DNA of 64,000 bases, from assembly GCA_017613735.1 (NCBI GenBank), contig JAGADF010000012.1:3253-67252 (forward strand). Direction: 5' to 3'. The translations under genes and the position numbers were made by a program. Under the pieces are notes generated by a model. The model ran no database searches, had not been told where the DNA came from, and saw only the letters and a program-made list of their open reading frames with translations. The DNA comes from Clostridia bacterium. GTDB taxonomy: Bacteria; Bacillota; Clostridia; Oscillospirales; Acutalibacteraceae. Of this stretch, positions 46,396 to 56,397 are shown piece after piece; position 1 is the stretch's first letter, and each line of letters opens with the position of its first letter.

Positions 46396-48861
46396 ATGTA
46401 TAAATTTACCGGTTTTACGGAGAAAGCGAATAACGCTTTAAACGCCGCAGTTGAAATTGCGGAGGATTTAGGTCACACATATATAGGCAGCGAGCATATA
46501 CTCACCGGTATTCTGACCGATACCTCGTCTGTCGCGTCAATAGTTCTTTCAAGACATTCCGTGACGGCGGCTAAGGTTGAAAGCCTTATTAAAAGAATAA
46601 TCGGCGTGGGTATGCCTACAAGCCTTACCCAGAACGACTTTACGCCTAAGGCGAAGGAAATTCTTACAATAGCGAATTCCGTCGCTCACGCGATGGGGCA
46701 GTCGTTAATCGGCACCGAGCATATCTTAATCGCTATTGCCCGCGACGGCAATTCAAGCGCAAGCCAGCTTCTTAATCAGCTCGGCGTTGCGGGAAGCACC
46801 GTCGTAGGCGAAATCAGTCAGGCTCTTATGGGCGGCGGGATTTCGGACCGTAACGGGAACGAAACGGATGACGGCAACAAGACTGCCGTACAGCAGTTCG
46901 GCAGAGACCTGACCGAGATGGCGAGAAAGGGCGAAATCGACCCCGTTATCGGTCGTGAGCAGGAAATTGAAAGGGTAATTCAGATTCTTTCGAGAAGAAC
47001 GAAAAACAATCCCTGCCTTATAGGCGAGCCGGGCGTAGGTAAAACAGCTATCGCCGAGGGACTTGCCTTAAAAATAGCTTCGGGCGAGGTACCCGAGCTC
47101 TTAAAGGACAAAAAGCTTATCAACCTTGACCTTACGGGAATGGTTGCGGGCACAAAGTACAGAGGCGATTTTGAAGAGCGTATCAAGGGCGTTATCGACG
47201 AGGTTATCGCGTCAAAGGATACAATCCTCTTTATTGACGAGGTTCATACTCTTATCGGTACGGGCAGCGCCGAGGGCGCGGTAGACGCGGCTAATATTCT
47301 TAAGCCCTCTCTCGCAAGGGGAGAGTTACAGATTATCGGTGCCACAACGCTTGACGAATACAGAAAGAATATCGAAAAGGACGCGGCTCTTGAAAGACGT
47401 TTTCAGCCCATAGTTGTCGGCGAGCCGAGCGAGGAAGAGGCAATAGAAATCCTCAAGGGACTTCGCGACAGATACGAGGCGCACCACAAGGTAAAGATTA
47501 CTGATGAAGCGATTATCTCCGCGGTTAAGCTTTCGAGCCGTTATATCGGCGACAGATACCTGCCCGACAAGGCTATTGACCTTATTGACGAGGCGGCTTC
47601 AAGAGTAAGGCTTCGCGCTTTCACCGCTCCGCCCGAACTCAAGGCGCTTGAAAAGGCGCTTAAAGAGGCTCAGGCAGAAAAAGAGGCGGCGGTTCTTTCT
47701 CAGGATTTTGAACGCGCGGCGACTCTTCGCGACGCGGAAAAAGGACTTCAGATGAAGGTTGACGAGGCTAAGGCTTCTTTCAATGAACAGAACACAAGAA
47801 TCAAGGACGAGGTAACCGAAAACGAGGTTGTCGATATTGTTTCTTCGTGGACGGGTATTCCGCTTTCACAGCTGACTGTGGAAGAAAGTCAGAGATTACT
47901 GAACCTTGAAAACGAACTGCACGAAAGAATTGTCGGTCAGAATGAGGCGGTTTCCGCGGTCGCGAAAGCGATAAGACGCGGAAGAGTCGGACTTAAGGAC
48001 CCGAAAAGACCTGTCGGCTCGTTCCTGTTCTTAGGGCCTACGGGCGTAGGTAAAACGGAGCTTTGCAAGGCTCTCGCAGCGGCTATGTTCGGCGATGAAA
48101 ACGCTATGATTCGGCTTGATATGTCCGAGTATATGGAAAAGCATACCGTTTCAAAGCTTATCGGTTCGCCGCCCGGTTACGTCGGTTTTGAGGAGGGCGG
48201 ACAGCTCACCGAAAAAATCCGCAGAAAGCCGTATTCCGTACTTCTTCTTGACGAGATTGAAAAGGCGCACCCCGACGTGTTCAACATTCTTTTACAGATA
48301 CTTGACGACGGCGTGCTGACCGATTCGCAGGGCAGAAAGGTCGATTTCAAAAACTGCGTAATTATTATGACCTCGAATATCGGCGCAAGGCTCATAACCG
48401 ATAAAATAAAGAAATTCGGTTTTGCCAATGACGAGAATGAGGAAGAGCAGGACGTCAAGGACGTCAAGGAAGCGGTAATGGGCGAGCTTAAAAATACGTT
48501 CAGACCGGAATTTCTCAACAGAATTGACGACATTATCGTATTCAGCCGTCTTTCAAAGGATGAAATTGAACTTATCGCAAAGAGAATGCTTGTCACCCTT
48601 AAAAACAGGGCGAAGGATATGGACATCGACGTTGAGTTCTCCGATAAGGTAATTGAAACGATTGCCAAAGCAGGCTATGACCCCGTTTACGGCGCGAGAC
48701 CGCTTAAACGCGCAATCGGCAGTAAAATTGAGGACTTGCTCAGCGAAAAGATGCTTGACGGTTCTATTACTCCTAACGAAAGCTACCTTTGCACCGTAAA
48801 ACGCGGCAAGATAGTTTTTGAGAAAAAAGAAAAAACCCTGACCGAAACAAAGTCAGAGTAA
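46396..48861 (+). CDS. clpC: ATP-dependent Clp protease ATP-binding subunit ClpC
   Basis: ATG 46396 follows GAGGTGA. Clp_N repeats, two AAA+ modules (GEPGVGKTA, GPTGVGKTE) and a UVR linker are present. Confidence 0.95.
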   Translation: MYKFTGFTEKANNALNAAVEIAEDLGHTYIGSEHILTGILTDTSSVASIVLSRHSVTAAKVESLIKRIIGVGMPTSLTQNDFTPKAKEILTIANSVAHAMGQSLIGTEHILIAIARDGNSSASQLLNQLGVAGSTVVGEISQALMGGGISDRNGNETDDGNKTAVQQFGRDLTEMARKGEIDPVIGREQEIERVIQILSRRTKNNPCLIGEPGVGKTAIAEGLALKIASGEVPELLKDKKLINLDLTGMVAGTKYRGDFEERIKGVIDEVIASKDTILFIDEVHTLIGTGSAEGAVDAANILKPSLARGELQIIGATTLDEYRKNIEKDAALERRFQPIVVGEPSEEEAIEILKGLRDRYEAHHKVKITDEAIISAVKLSSRYIGDRYLPDKAIDLIDEAASRVRLRAFTAPPELKALEKALKEAQAEKEAAVLSQDFERAATLRDAEKGLQMKVDEAKASFNEQNTRIKDEVTENEVVDIVSSWTGIPLSQLTVEESQRLLNLENELHERIVGQNEAVSAVAKAIRRGRVGLKDPKRPVGSFLFLGPTGVGKTELCKALAAAMFGDENAMIRLDMSEYMEKHTVSKLIGSPPGYVGFEEGGQLTEKIRRKPYSVLLLDEIEKAHPDVFNILLQILDDGVLTDSQGRKVDFKNCVIIMTSNIGARLITDKIKKFGFANDENEEEQDVKDVKEAVMGELKNTFRPEFLNRIDDIIVFSRLSKDEIELIAKRMLVTLKNRAKDMDIDVEFSDKVIETIAKAGYDPVYGARPLKRAIGSKIEDLLSEKMLDGSITPNESYLCTVKRGKIVFEKKEKTLTETKSE

Positions 48862-48871
48862 TCAAAAGATA

Positions 48872-48899
48872 AAGGGCAGTTCATTGAACTGCCCTTTTT
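48872..48899 (+). terminator. intrinsic terminator after clpC
   Basis: GGGCAGTTCA / TGAACTGCCC stem followed by TTTTT. Confidence 0.75.
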
Positions 48900-48930
48900 G
48901 ATGTTAATAACCGTACGATTAGTATTAAAT

Positions 48931-48965
48931 TACCAAAAAACAAGCCCCCTCTATCGAGGAGGCTT
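48931..48965 (-). terminator. intrinsic terminator after the LRR surface protein gene
   Basis: AAGCCTCCTC / GAGGGGGCTT stem with one mismatch, followed on the minus strand by TTTTTTGG. Confidence 0.6.
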
Positions 48966-48984
48966 ATGAATGTTATGTATTATT

Positions 48985-50379
48985 TTACGCTTTTTTGCAA
49001 ACTCCGTTTTTGTCTGCGACCCATTTAACGCCTTTGACTGAGAATGTCTTACTCTTATACATTACGCAGTCGGAACCGAAATAATATTTTACACCGCTGA
49101 GTGACGCAAATTTTGATTTATAAGCTATGCAATCCTTACCGATATAATACTTCTTTCCGCTTACGGAAATGAGCTTCGACTTGTAGGCAACGCCGTCAGA
49201 GCCCATATAATACTTCTTACCGTCAACCGAGATAAGTCTCTTTGTGTAAGCAACGCCGTCTTTACCCATATAATATTTCTTACCGCTTACGGAAATAAGT
49301 CTGCTCGTATAGGCAATACCGTCAGCGCCCATGTAATACTTCTTACCGCTTACGGAAATAAGGCGTTTTGTGTAAGCAGCTCCGTCAGCACCCATATAGT
49401 ACTTTTTACCGCTGACAGATATAAGACGTTTTGTGTACATCGCTCCGTCTTTGCCGAAGTAGTACTTCTTGCCGTCTATAAGTTGCAATCCCTTTAACGG
49501 ACTTGAATATCTGTAAAAATAAGTGTACCCGTCTTCCTGTGACCAACCGATTTTGCAGTTGTAATTGACTTCAATTTGATTCATCTGATATTCGTTGACT
49601 TCAACATTAACGTTTGACCATTCAAACTCGGAGCCGCCGTAATTAATGGTTTTTAATTTTTCACAGTTATTAAATGCGGAAGCTTCAATTAATTTAATGC
49701 TATTGGGAATATCTACGGATGTCAGCTTGGAACAACCGTTAAAAACTCCGACGCATAAAGCGACGACGCCTTGGGGAATATTGATTTTTTCTAATGACGA
49801 ACAGTTACTGAATGTGTATTTTTCAATACTTTTAACACTGTTGCCTAAAATTGCCGAACGCAAGGATGTGCAATAATAAAAAGCGTATTCGCCGATTTTA
49901 TTAACCGAATCGGGAATGATGATTGACTCTAATGCTTTACAATGGTTAAAACAGTAGCTTCCGATGGTTGTAAGTGAATCGGGGAGCGTAATGCTTTTGA
50001 GCATCTTACAGTTGCTGAATGCCCTACTGCCTATTGAAACAACACCGTTTCTAATAACAACTTCCTGTAACACTACGCAATCTGCAAAAGCGTTTTTTGG
50101 AATATCCTTTATTCCACCGCTGATAACAATGCTTTCAAGGGTATTTGAACCGCTAAAAGCTGTTCCACCTATGGAACAAACTTTTTTACCATTAATTTCA
50201 GAAGGAATTATAACATGTGAATCAAAACCGGTATATTTGTCGATTGTAACAGTGCCGTCGCTACGGGAAGAGTATGTAAAATCACCGCTTACGGCCGCAA
50301 ACGAATTGACTGCCGTTAATGATAATGCTGAAAACATTATTGTTAACGCCAATATGATTGATAAACTCCTTTTAATCAT
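48985..50379 (-). CDS. secreted surface protein: BspA-type leucine-rich repeats + C-terminal cell-wall-binding (GKKYY...G.DG.AY) repeats
   Basis: Signal peptide ends SFA-AVS. LRR units are of the type IPDSVNKIGEYAFYYCTSLRSAILG. The C-terminus holds eight 21-aa repeats. Confidence 0.85.
   Translation of the reverse strand: MIKRSLSIILALTIMFSALSLTAVNSFAAVSGDFTYSSRSDGTVTIDKYTGFDSHVIIPSEINGKKVCSIGGTAFSGSNTLESIVISGGIKDIPKNAFADCVVLQEVVIRNGVVSIGSRAFSNCKMLKSITLPDSLTTIGSYCFNHCKALESIIIPDSVNKIGEYAFYYCTSLRSAILGNSVKSIEKYTFSNCSSLEKINIPQGVVALCVGVFNGCSKLTSVDIPNSIKLIEASAFNNCEKLKTINYGGSEFEWSNVNVEVNEYQMNQIEVNYNCKIGWSQEDGYTYFYRYSSPLKGLQLIDGKKYYFGKDGAMYTKRLISVSGKKYYMGADGAAYTKRLISVSGKKYYMGADGIAYTSRLISVSGKKYYMGKDGVAYTKRLISVDGKKYYMGSDGVAYKSKLISVSGKKYYIGKDCIAYKSKFASLSGVKYYFGSDCVMYKSKTFSVKGVKWVADKNGVCKKA
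48988..49488 (-). repeat. ~8 tandem 63-bp coding repeats (21-aa cell-wall-binding units)
   Basis: The string CCGCTTACGGAAAT recurs at 49157, 49283 and 49346, which are multiples of 63 nt apart. The protein unit is LISVSGKKYYMGADGxAYTKR. Confidence 0.85.
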
Positions 50380-50434
50380 TTTGCAGTACCTCCTTATGAT
50401 ACAATAAGTTTAAGCAAGTTTTATAGAATAATCT

Positions 50435-51682
50435 TTATTCTCTTCTCAACGCCTCGATCGGCGGCATAAGCGCCGCGCGCCTTGCAGGGTAAACGCCGAA
50501 GATAATTCCTATCGCGCTTGAGAAACCAACCGCAAGAGCGATTGTCGAAAGCTTGACCTGAAGCGGAACGTGCATAATATTTGAAACAACCACTGCGCCG
50601 ACTACGCCGATGATAAGTCCTATAATACCGCCTATCATACAGAGAATAATAGACTCGGTAAGGAACTGGAACAAAATTGTTCCCGTCTTTGCGCCGAGCG
50701 CTTTTCTTATGCCTATTTCTCTTGTCCTTTCGGTAATTGAAACCAGCATTATATTCATAACTCCTATACCGCCGACTATAAGCGAGATAGCGCTGACGGC
50801 GGCAATGAAAATAGTGAAAATATGAATAACCGAGTCAAGCAGGTCAATATAGGTTGCCATATTGACAACCGTATAGCAATCACGCTCAAAGTTGTTGTGC
50901 CTTGCTTTTATAAGGTTCTGCGCCGCGTTGCCCGCAGCCTCAAGCTGCATTTCGTCATTGGCGGTAAGGTAAACCGATTCGTACCTGTCGTCCGCGCCGA
51001 CAATTTCAAGCGAAAGCGTTGCGGGAATCATAACCGAGCAGTATTTTACCGACGAGCCGCCCGTGAGAGCCGACATTGATTCCATAGCCGATTCGCTGTT
51101 TCCGCCGAACATACTCATTCCGTTATCGCCTACGCCGATTATTTTAAGCGTAATGGTAACTCCGTTATAGGTGTATTTGATTGTTTCGCCGACAACGTCC
51201 TCACGGCCGAAAACCATTAAAGCGCTGCCGTTATCGATTATGGCAACGGGCTTTGCGGAGAGGTATTCTTCTTCGGTAAAGAATCTGCCGTAAAGACAGT
51301 TGGTTTTCATTATCTGCTGAGCGTCGGGCGTTGCGCCAAGGGTTATGCCGATACCCGATTCGCTGTCGGTTGCAATCGCGCCCATGCCCATAACGATAGG
51401 CGAGGCGTAGTCAACGCCGTCAAGCTGTTTAATCGCGGCGATGTCGGCGGAGGTTATATAATCCGTCGGCTCGGCTACCGATGAATCGACCGTTATATTG
51501 ATTGCCGACGCGCCCATATCGCGAATCATACCGATAATATAATCGCGCCCGCCGTTGCCTACGGTGATAATGGAGATAACGCTCGATACCCCTATAATGA
51601 TACCAAGCATTGTCAGCAGTGAACGCATAAGATTTGTGCGTATGCTGAAGATAGCTATTCTTATGTTTTCCTTGATGTTCAA
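50435..51682 (-). CDS. MacB/FtsX-type ABC transporter permease (no ATPase domain)
   Basis: TTG start follows GGGAGAA. The layout is TM1, a large extracytoplasmic domain, then an FtsX bundle (ITERTREIGIRKALGA). Confidence 0.85.
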   Translation of the reverse strand: MNIKENIRIAIFSIRTNLMRSLLTMLGIIIGVSSVISIITVGNGGRDYIIGMIRDMGASAINITVDSSVAEPTDYITSADIAAIKQLDGVDYASPIVMGMGAIATDSESGIGITLGATPDAQQIMKTNCLYGRFFTEEEYLSAKPVAIIDNGSALMVFGREDVVGETIKYTYNGVTITLKIIGVGDNGMSMFGGNSESAMESMSALTGGSSVKYCSVMIPATLSLEIVGADDRYESVYLTANDEMQLEAAGNAAQNLIKARHNNFERDCYTVVNMATYIDLLDSVIHIFTIFIAAVSAISLIVGGIGVMNIMLVSITERTREIGIRKALGAKTGTILFQFLTESIILCMIGGIIGLIIGVVGAVVVSNIMHVPLQVKLSTIALAVGFSSAIGIIFGVYPARRAALMPPIEALRRE

Positions 51683-51707
51683 ACTGCTTTTCTCCCGTTA
51701 ACAGATT

Positions 51708-53375
51708 TTATTTCTTGGGTATAATTTTGTCGCCGTCCTTAAGCGCGGACAGGGGATTTTTAACTACCATTTCGCCGACTTCGAGTCCGCCGGTGATTTC
51801 GTATTTCGTGTCCTCGCTGCTGCCGAGTTCAACGTTCCTCTTTTCAACCGTCTTTGTCTCGCTGTTATAAACGAAAATGTATTTCTGGCCGTTATCGAAT
51901 CTGAGCGCTTCGACGGGAAGGATTAAAACGTCGTCGACCTCGCCTATTTTAATCTTGATATCGACGTCAAAGCCTATAATGACCTTTTCGTCGGGGTTGA
52001 GGATTTTAACCTTGGCGAGAGCCGAGTTCGCCGTATTCGTGCCGCCCGTAAGCGAGCTTGTGATTGAAGAAATGTCAAGTCCCGTGTTTTCACTCGCGGT
52101 CGCCGAAACGTAATCCACAACGCCTTTGTATTCGCTGTCGAGCGAGGTAATCGTCGCTTCCTGACCGACCTTAAGATTAAGCAAATCGTATTTGCCTACG
52201 TTAAAGGAGGCGATGAACTGGTCGTAATTGTCGACCTGAATGCCGACGGCATTTTCGTTTGAAGCGGAGGTCAGCTGTGAAATGATGCTTGTAATATCGA
52301 CGTTTCCTCCGCCGAGCATATTAAGCATTTCCGAAAAGTCCGCGTTTGAAGAAGATTGCTTTTTGTCAGCCGAGTAAACCTCGCCCTGAGTGATGTTGAC
52401 CTTGGTGACGATGCCGTTGCCCTGGGCAAACCAGCCCGCGTCAAGGGCGTCAATCGTTTCCTGAAGGGCGTCGTATTCCTTCTTCTTTATATCGGCTACC
52501 GCTTTATATGCCTTTGCGAGCGTGTCGCCGGTCTGCATTTCAAAATAGGTCTGCTGTGTTTTAAGGGAGGTAAGCTGTGTCTTTAACTGAATAAGCTCGA
52601 GCGATTTGCCCGCAGAAGTGCCCTTTAATTTTTCGGCGAGTTCTTCGGTCGAAATCTCCTCGGCGGATTTTTTAGCGTTCTCTTCGGCGGAATTGAGAGC
52701 GGCTATCATCTGGTTTACCTGCTCCTTTGTGCCGTCGTTATCGAGAATCTGCTGGGTAAGGGCGTCAATCTGTTCTTTCGTATAGGTTGTGCCCGTGTAT
52801 TTTGTTATTTCGTCCTTAGCCTTTTTTTCGGCGTCTTTCGCGGCTTTTTCGGCGTCCTTCTGACTCTTTTCAAGCTCTGCCTTTTCTTTCGCCTGAGTTT
52901 CCTCAATTTCCTTTTCAAGCTTTGAAATCTGTTTTTCAAGCTTTGAAATTTCGCTGTTCGTGTCCTTAAGATTTGAGGAAGCGTCATTCGAAGACGATAC
53001 GGCTTTATTGTACCTCGAAAGAGCCTCGTTGTATTCGCTCCTGACTTCGTTCAGGCGGGGACTCAGACCGCTCGTGTCAAAAGTGGCGAGCTCGTCGCCC
53101 TTTTTGACCTTGTCGCCGACCTTGACCTTGACCTCAAGCACCTCAACGCCGTCAAGTATTTCGTAAACGCTTGAGTTGTTGCTCTCAACCGTGCCCGTGG
53201 CGATAAGCGTCTGCATAATACTGCCCTTCTGAGCTTCGACGAGTTCGTATTCGGGAAGCGGAGCGGGCTTCAAAAGCTCATAGCATAAAACGCCCGCAAG
53301 GCCGACAAGAATTACCGCTATGACGATAACCCTTATCTTCTTTCCTTTGGGATATTTTTTGAAATTCTTAAACAC
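51708..53375 (-). CDS. HlyD/MacA-family periplasmic adaptor with long coiled coil
   Basis: GTG start follows AAAGGGG. It has an N-terminal TM anchor, a lipoyl-like hairpin, a Lys/Glu-rich coiled coil and a beta-barrel C-terminus. Confidence 0.85.
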   Translation of the reverse strand: MFKNFKKYPKGKKIRVIVIAVILVGLAGVLCYELLKPAPLPEYELVEAQKGSIMQTLIATGTVESNNSSVYEILDGVEVLEVKVKVGDKVKKGDELATFDTSGLSPRLNEVRSEYNEALSRYNKAVSSSNDASSNLKDTNSEISKLEKQISKLEKEIEETQAKEKAELEKSQKDAEKAAKDAEKKAKDEITKYTGTTYTKEQIDALTQQILDNDGTKEQVNQMIAALNSAEENAKKSAEEISTEELAEKLKGTSAGKSLELIQLKTQLTSLKTQQTYFEMQTGDTLAKAYKAVADIKKKEYDALQETIDALDAGWFAQGNGIVTKVNITQGEVYSADKKQSSSNADFSEMLNMLGGGNVDITSIISQLTSASNENAVGIQVDNYDQFIASFNVGKYDLLNLKVGQEATITSLDSEYKGVVDYVSATASENTGLDISSITSSLTGGTNTANSALAKVKILNPDEKVIIGFDVDIKIKIGEVDDVLILPVEALRFDNGQKYIFVYNSETKTVEKRNVELGSSEDTKYEITGGLEVGEMVVKNPLSALKDGDKIIPKK

Positions 53376-53492
53376 AGCTTCAACCCCTTTTCTGGGAATT
53401 ATTAATTTATTATATCATACTATACCGAATAAATCTATGAACAATTCATTAATATTTCAAAAAAATCATATATTTTTCAGAGGTGAGAACAG

Positions 53493-53996
53493 GTGAAAAC
53501 AAGAATGATTGCATTGGCGGTTTTGGTTTGCGCGGTATTCAGTTCCTGCACGGTTCAGACTCAGTTTGACGTCTACAGCTTTGTTCAGCGGTTCAACGCT
53601 CTTTCGCAGGACGAAATTCTTTCTACCGACGACTTTCTTTCGGACAAAGAAAACTCGCTTTGCGCCTTTTTCAAAATCGGCGAAAGCGAACTGCTTATAA
53701 CGCTTTATGAAAATGAAAACGGCTCGCTTGACGGAGTGAGTGTAACCGCCGCGAAAAGCCTTTATAACGAGAATGACCTTTCCGAAATAATCAATACGGT
53801 TTACCGTGTTTTCGGCGCGTTCAATTACGGCGATACCGACAGGGCGAAAGAAAAGCTTATGTCTGTCGGCTTTGACGGCGACTTCGAGCCGTTTTATGAC
53901 GAATACAGGGGAGAAACGGATGAAAAGTATAAAATCACGCTTTATTCGGACGAGTATTCCTTCACCGTTTCTCAGGAAAAAAATCCCCGCGATTAG
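53493..53996 (+). CDS. hypothetical lipoprotein
   Basis: GTG start follows AGAGGTGAGAA. Lipobox VFSSC. 167 aa with no family recognised. Confidence 0.6.
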   Translation: MKTRMIALAVLVCAVFSSCTVQTQFDVYSFVQRFNALSQDEILSTDDFLSDKENSLCAFFKIGESELLITLYENENGSLDGVSVTAAKSLYNENDLSEIINTVYRVFGAFNYGDTDRAKEKLMSVGFDGDFEPFYDEYRGETDEKYKITLYSDEYSFTVSQEKNPRD

Positions 53997-54053
53997 TTGT
54001 TTTTTCGCCCGAAAAATGTTAAAATATATTAAATATTTTTTATCGGGTGAAAT

Positions 54054-55397
54054 ATGTTTAAAAAGAACGACGAAATTGAACTTGTCATTGACGGCTACAC
54101 TGCTGAGGGAAGCGGTGTCGGTCACTTTGACGGCATGGCTGTTTTCGTCGCCAATTCCGCCGTCGGTGACAGGCTGAAGGTACATATTATCAAAGCAAAA
54201 AAGACCTACGCAATAGGCAAAATTATCGAGATTGTTTCGCCCTCGCCCGACAGAATCGAAACCGACTGTCCGTATTTTAATTCCTGCGGCGGCTGCGCTT
54301 TCAGACATATTTCCTATCAGGCGGAATTGAACGCCAAAAAGGACAGGGTTGAACAGGCGTTTTCACGTCTTGCCCGTATCGATATAAAAGCGGAATCGGT
54401 CTGCGGCGGCGAAACCGAAAGATACAGAAATAAAGCGCAGTTTCCCGTCGGCTTTGACGGGGACGTCAAAATCGGATTTTTCGCTCCGAGGTCGCACAGA
54501 ATAGTTGACTGCCCCGACTGTCTTTTACAGCCTGAGGATTTTTCGGAAATCGTAAATATATTCAGAGAGTGGATTAAAGACAACGGCATTTCGCTTTATG
54601 ACGAGGAAGCCCATAAGGGAGTTTTAAGGCATATTTATCTGAGAAAAGCAACCGCAACGGGCGAGATTATGGCGTGCGCCGTTATTAATGCGGACTGCCT
54701 GCCTGCCGTTTCGGATTTAGCCGAAAGATTAAAAAAGAACGAAAGCATAAAAACCTTCGCCCTTAATATCAATAAAGAAAAGACAAACGTTATTCTCGGC
54801 GATAAATGCGTTAATGTTTTCGGCGACGGCTATATCACCGATATTCTCTGCAAGAATAGAATCCGCATTTCGCCGCTTTCGTTTTATCAGGTCAATAAAA
54901 ATCAGGCTCAAAAGCTCTATGAAAAGGCTCTTGAATACGCCGCGGTAAACGGGGACGAAACGGTTCTCGATTTGTATTGCGGCGCGGGAACAATAGGTCT
55001 TTCAATGGCGAAAAAGGTTAAAAGGGTAATCGGAGTTGAGATTATTCCCGAGGCTGTAGAGGATGCCAAAATCAACGCCGCGATTAATGATATTGACAAC
55101 GCGGATTTTTTCTGCTCCGACGCGTCAGAGGCGGCACAAATGCTTAAAGAAAAGGGCATTAAGCCCGACTGCATTATTCTTGACCCGCCGAGAAAGGGCT
55201 GCGATAATTCGCTTATAAAAACCGTTAGCGAAATGAATCCCGAAAGAATTGTCTACGTTTCCTGCGACCCCGCGACGCTCGCGCGCGACTGCGCGGTGTT
55301 TAAAGAATACGGCTATAATGCGGACAGGCTTTCGGTGTTTGATTTGTTTCCCCGCACTATTCATGTGGAAAGCGTTGTTCTTTTAACAAGAGGATAA
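54054..55397 (+). CDS. rlmD: 23S rRNA (uracil-C5)-methyltransferase, RumA/RlmD family
   Basis: TRAM domain, an Fe-S cysteine set ([12 protein letters not shown]), the SAM motif [11 protein letters not shown] and DPPRKG. Confidence 0.9.
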   Translation: MFKKNDEIELVIDGYTAEGSGVGHFDGMAVFVANSAVGDRLKVHIIKAKKTYAIGKIIEIVSPSPDRIETDCPYFNSCGGCAFRHISYQAELNAKKDRVEQAFSRLARIDIKAESVCGGETERYRNKAQFPVGFDGDVKIGFFAPRSHRIVDCPDCLLQPEDFSEIVNIFREWIKDNGISLYDEEAHKGVLRHIYLRKATATGEIMACAVINADCLPAVSDLAERLKKNESIKTFALNINKEKTNVILGDKCVNVFGDGYITDILCKNRIRISPLSFYQVNKNQAQKLYEKALEYAAVNGDETVLDLYCGAGTIGLSMAKKVKRVIGVEIIPEAVEDAKINAAINDIDNADFFCSDASEAAQMLKEKGIKPDCIILDPPRKGCDNSLIKTVSEMNPERIVYVSCDPATLARDCAVFKEYGYNADRLSVFDLFPRTIHVESVVLLTRG

Positions 55398-55401
55398 TAA
55401 T

Positions 55402-55947
55402 ATGATTCTTGAAACCGAAAGATTAATTCTTCGCCCGTGGGAAGAAACGGACGCCGAAGAATTATATAAGTATGCAAAGGACGACAGAGTCGGCCCGCCT
55501 GCGGGCTGGAAACCGCATACGAGCATTGAAAACAGCCTTGAAATAATAAGGACAATTCTGTCCGAGCCCGAAACCTATGCGATAATTCTTAAGGAAACGG
55601 GACTTCCCATAGGCAGTATCGGTCTTATGCGAAACAGTGACCTTGCCGAAAGAGGCGATGAGGTTGAGCTCGGCTACTGGCTCGGCGTTCCGTACTGGGG
55701 CAGGGGATTTGTGCCCGAGGCGTCAGCGGAGCTTATACGCTACGCCTTTGAGGATTTAAAGGTTAACCGTGTCTGGTGCGGCTATTCTGACGGCAACGAA
55801 AAGTCGAAGCGAGTTCAGGAAAAGCTCGGTTTTAAATACCATCACACGAGCGAAAACGTTCCTTTCCCGCAGGTCGGCGAAACAAGAAAAGCTCACGCGA
55901 ATCTGTTAACCAAAGAGGATTGGTTATCCCAAAGGAGTAAAAAGTGA
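55402..55947 (+). CDS. GNAT-family N-acetyltransferase (RimJ/RimL-like)
   Basis: [15 protein letters not shown]-terminus and the WGRGF acetyl-CoA loop. Confidence 0.85.
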   Translation: MILETERLILRPWEETDAEELYKYAKDDRVGPPAGWKPHTSIENSLEIIRTILSEPETYAIILKETGLPIGSIGLMRNSDLAERGDEVELGYWLGVPYWGRGFVPEASAELIRYAFEDLKVNRVWCGYSDGNEKSKRVQEKLGFKYHHTSENVPFPQVGETRKAHANLLTKEDWLSQRSKK

Positions 55948-56396
55948 AAGTTATAAACTATTTTGACAGTGACAGACAGTATCACTGGCTCGAAGAAATA
56001 AAACAAAGCGACTGGGGCGCGGGGCAGTTTCTTTATAAGCTGCTTAACGACGGAACTTTTTTCAAAGCCGTGGGCGAAAGCTCAAAGGTGCTTCTGCTCA
56101 CCGACGGCGACGAGCTCGTTTCGTTCTGCACCTACGCCGAAAAAGACGACATTCAGCCGACAAAGCTCACCCCGTGGCTCGGCTTCGTATATACCTTTCC
56201 CGCCCGCAGAGGCAACCGTTATTTCGGATTTCTTCTCGACGAGGCGGTTCGCCTTGCTAAAAATGACGGCGTAAAGGAGATTTATATTTCCACAAATCAG
56301 AAGGGGCTTTATGAAAAATACGGCTGCACATTTCTTAAAATGCTTAACGATATTGAAGGCAACCCGTCAAGAATCTATGTAAAAAAGGTGAACTGA
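55944..56396 (+). CDS. GNAT-family acetyltransferase (probable)
   Basis: GTG start follows [19 protein letters not shown] resembles the R/Q-x-x-G-x-G/A motif. 150 aa. Confidence 0.6.
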   Translation: MKVINYFDSDRQYHWLEEIKQSDWGAGQFLYKLLNDGTFFKAVGESSKVLLLTDGDELVSFCTYAEKDDIQPTKLTPWLGFVYTFPARRGNRYFGFLLDEAVRLAKNDGVKEIYISTNQKGLYEKYGCTFLKMLNDIEGNPSRIYVKKVN

Positions 56397-56397
56397 T

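Noticed and set aside
53466-54308. 280-aa ORF on the minus strand
   Set aside because: It is antisense to both the lipoprotein gene and the 5' end of rlmD. The sequence is Arg/Phe/Lys-rich and junk-like, with no RBS.
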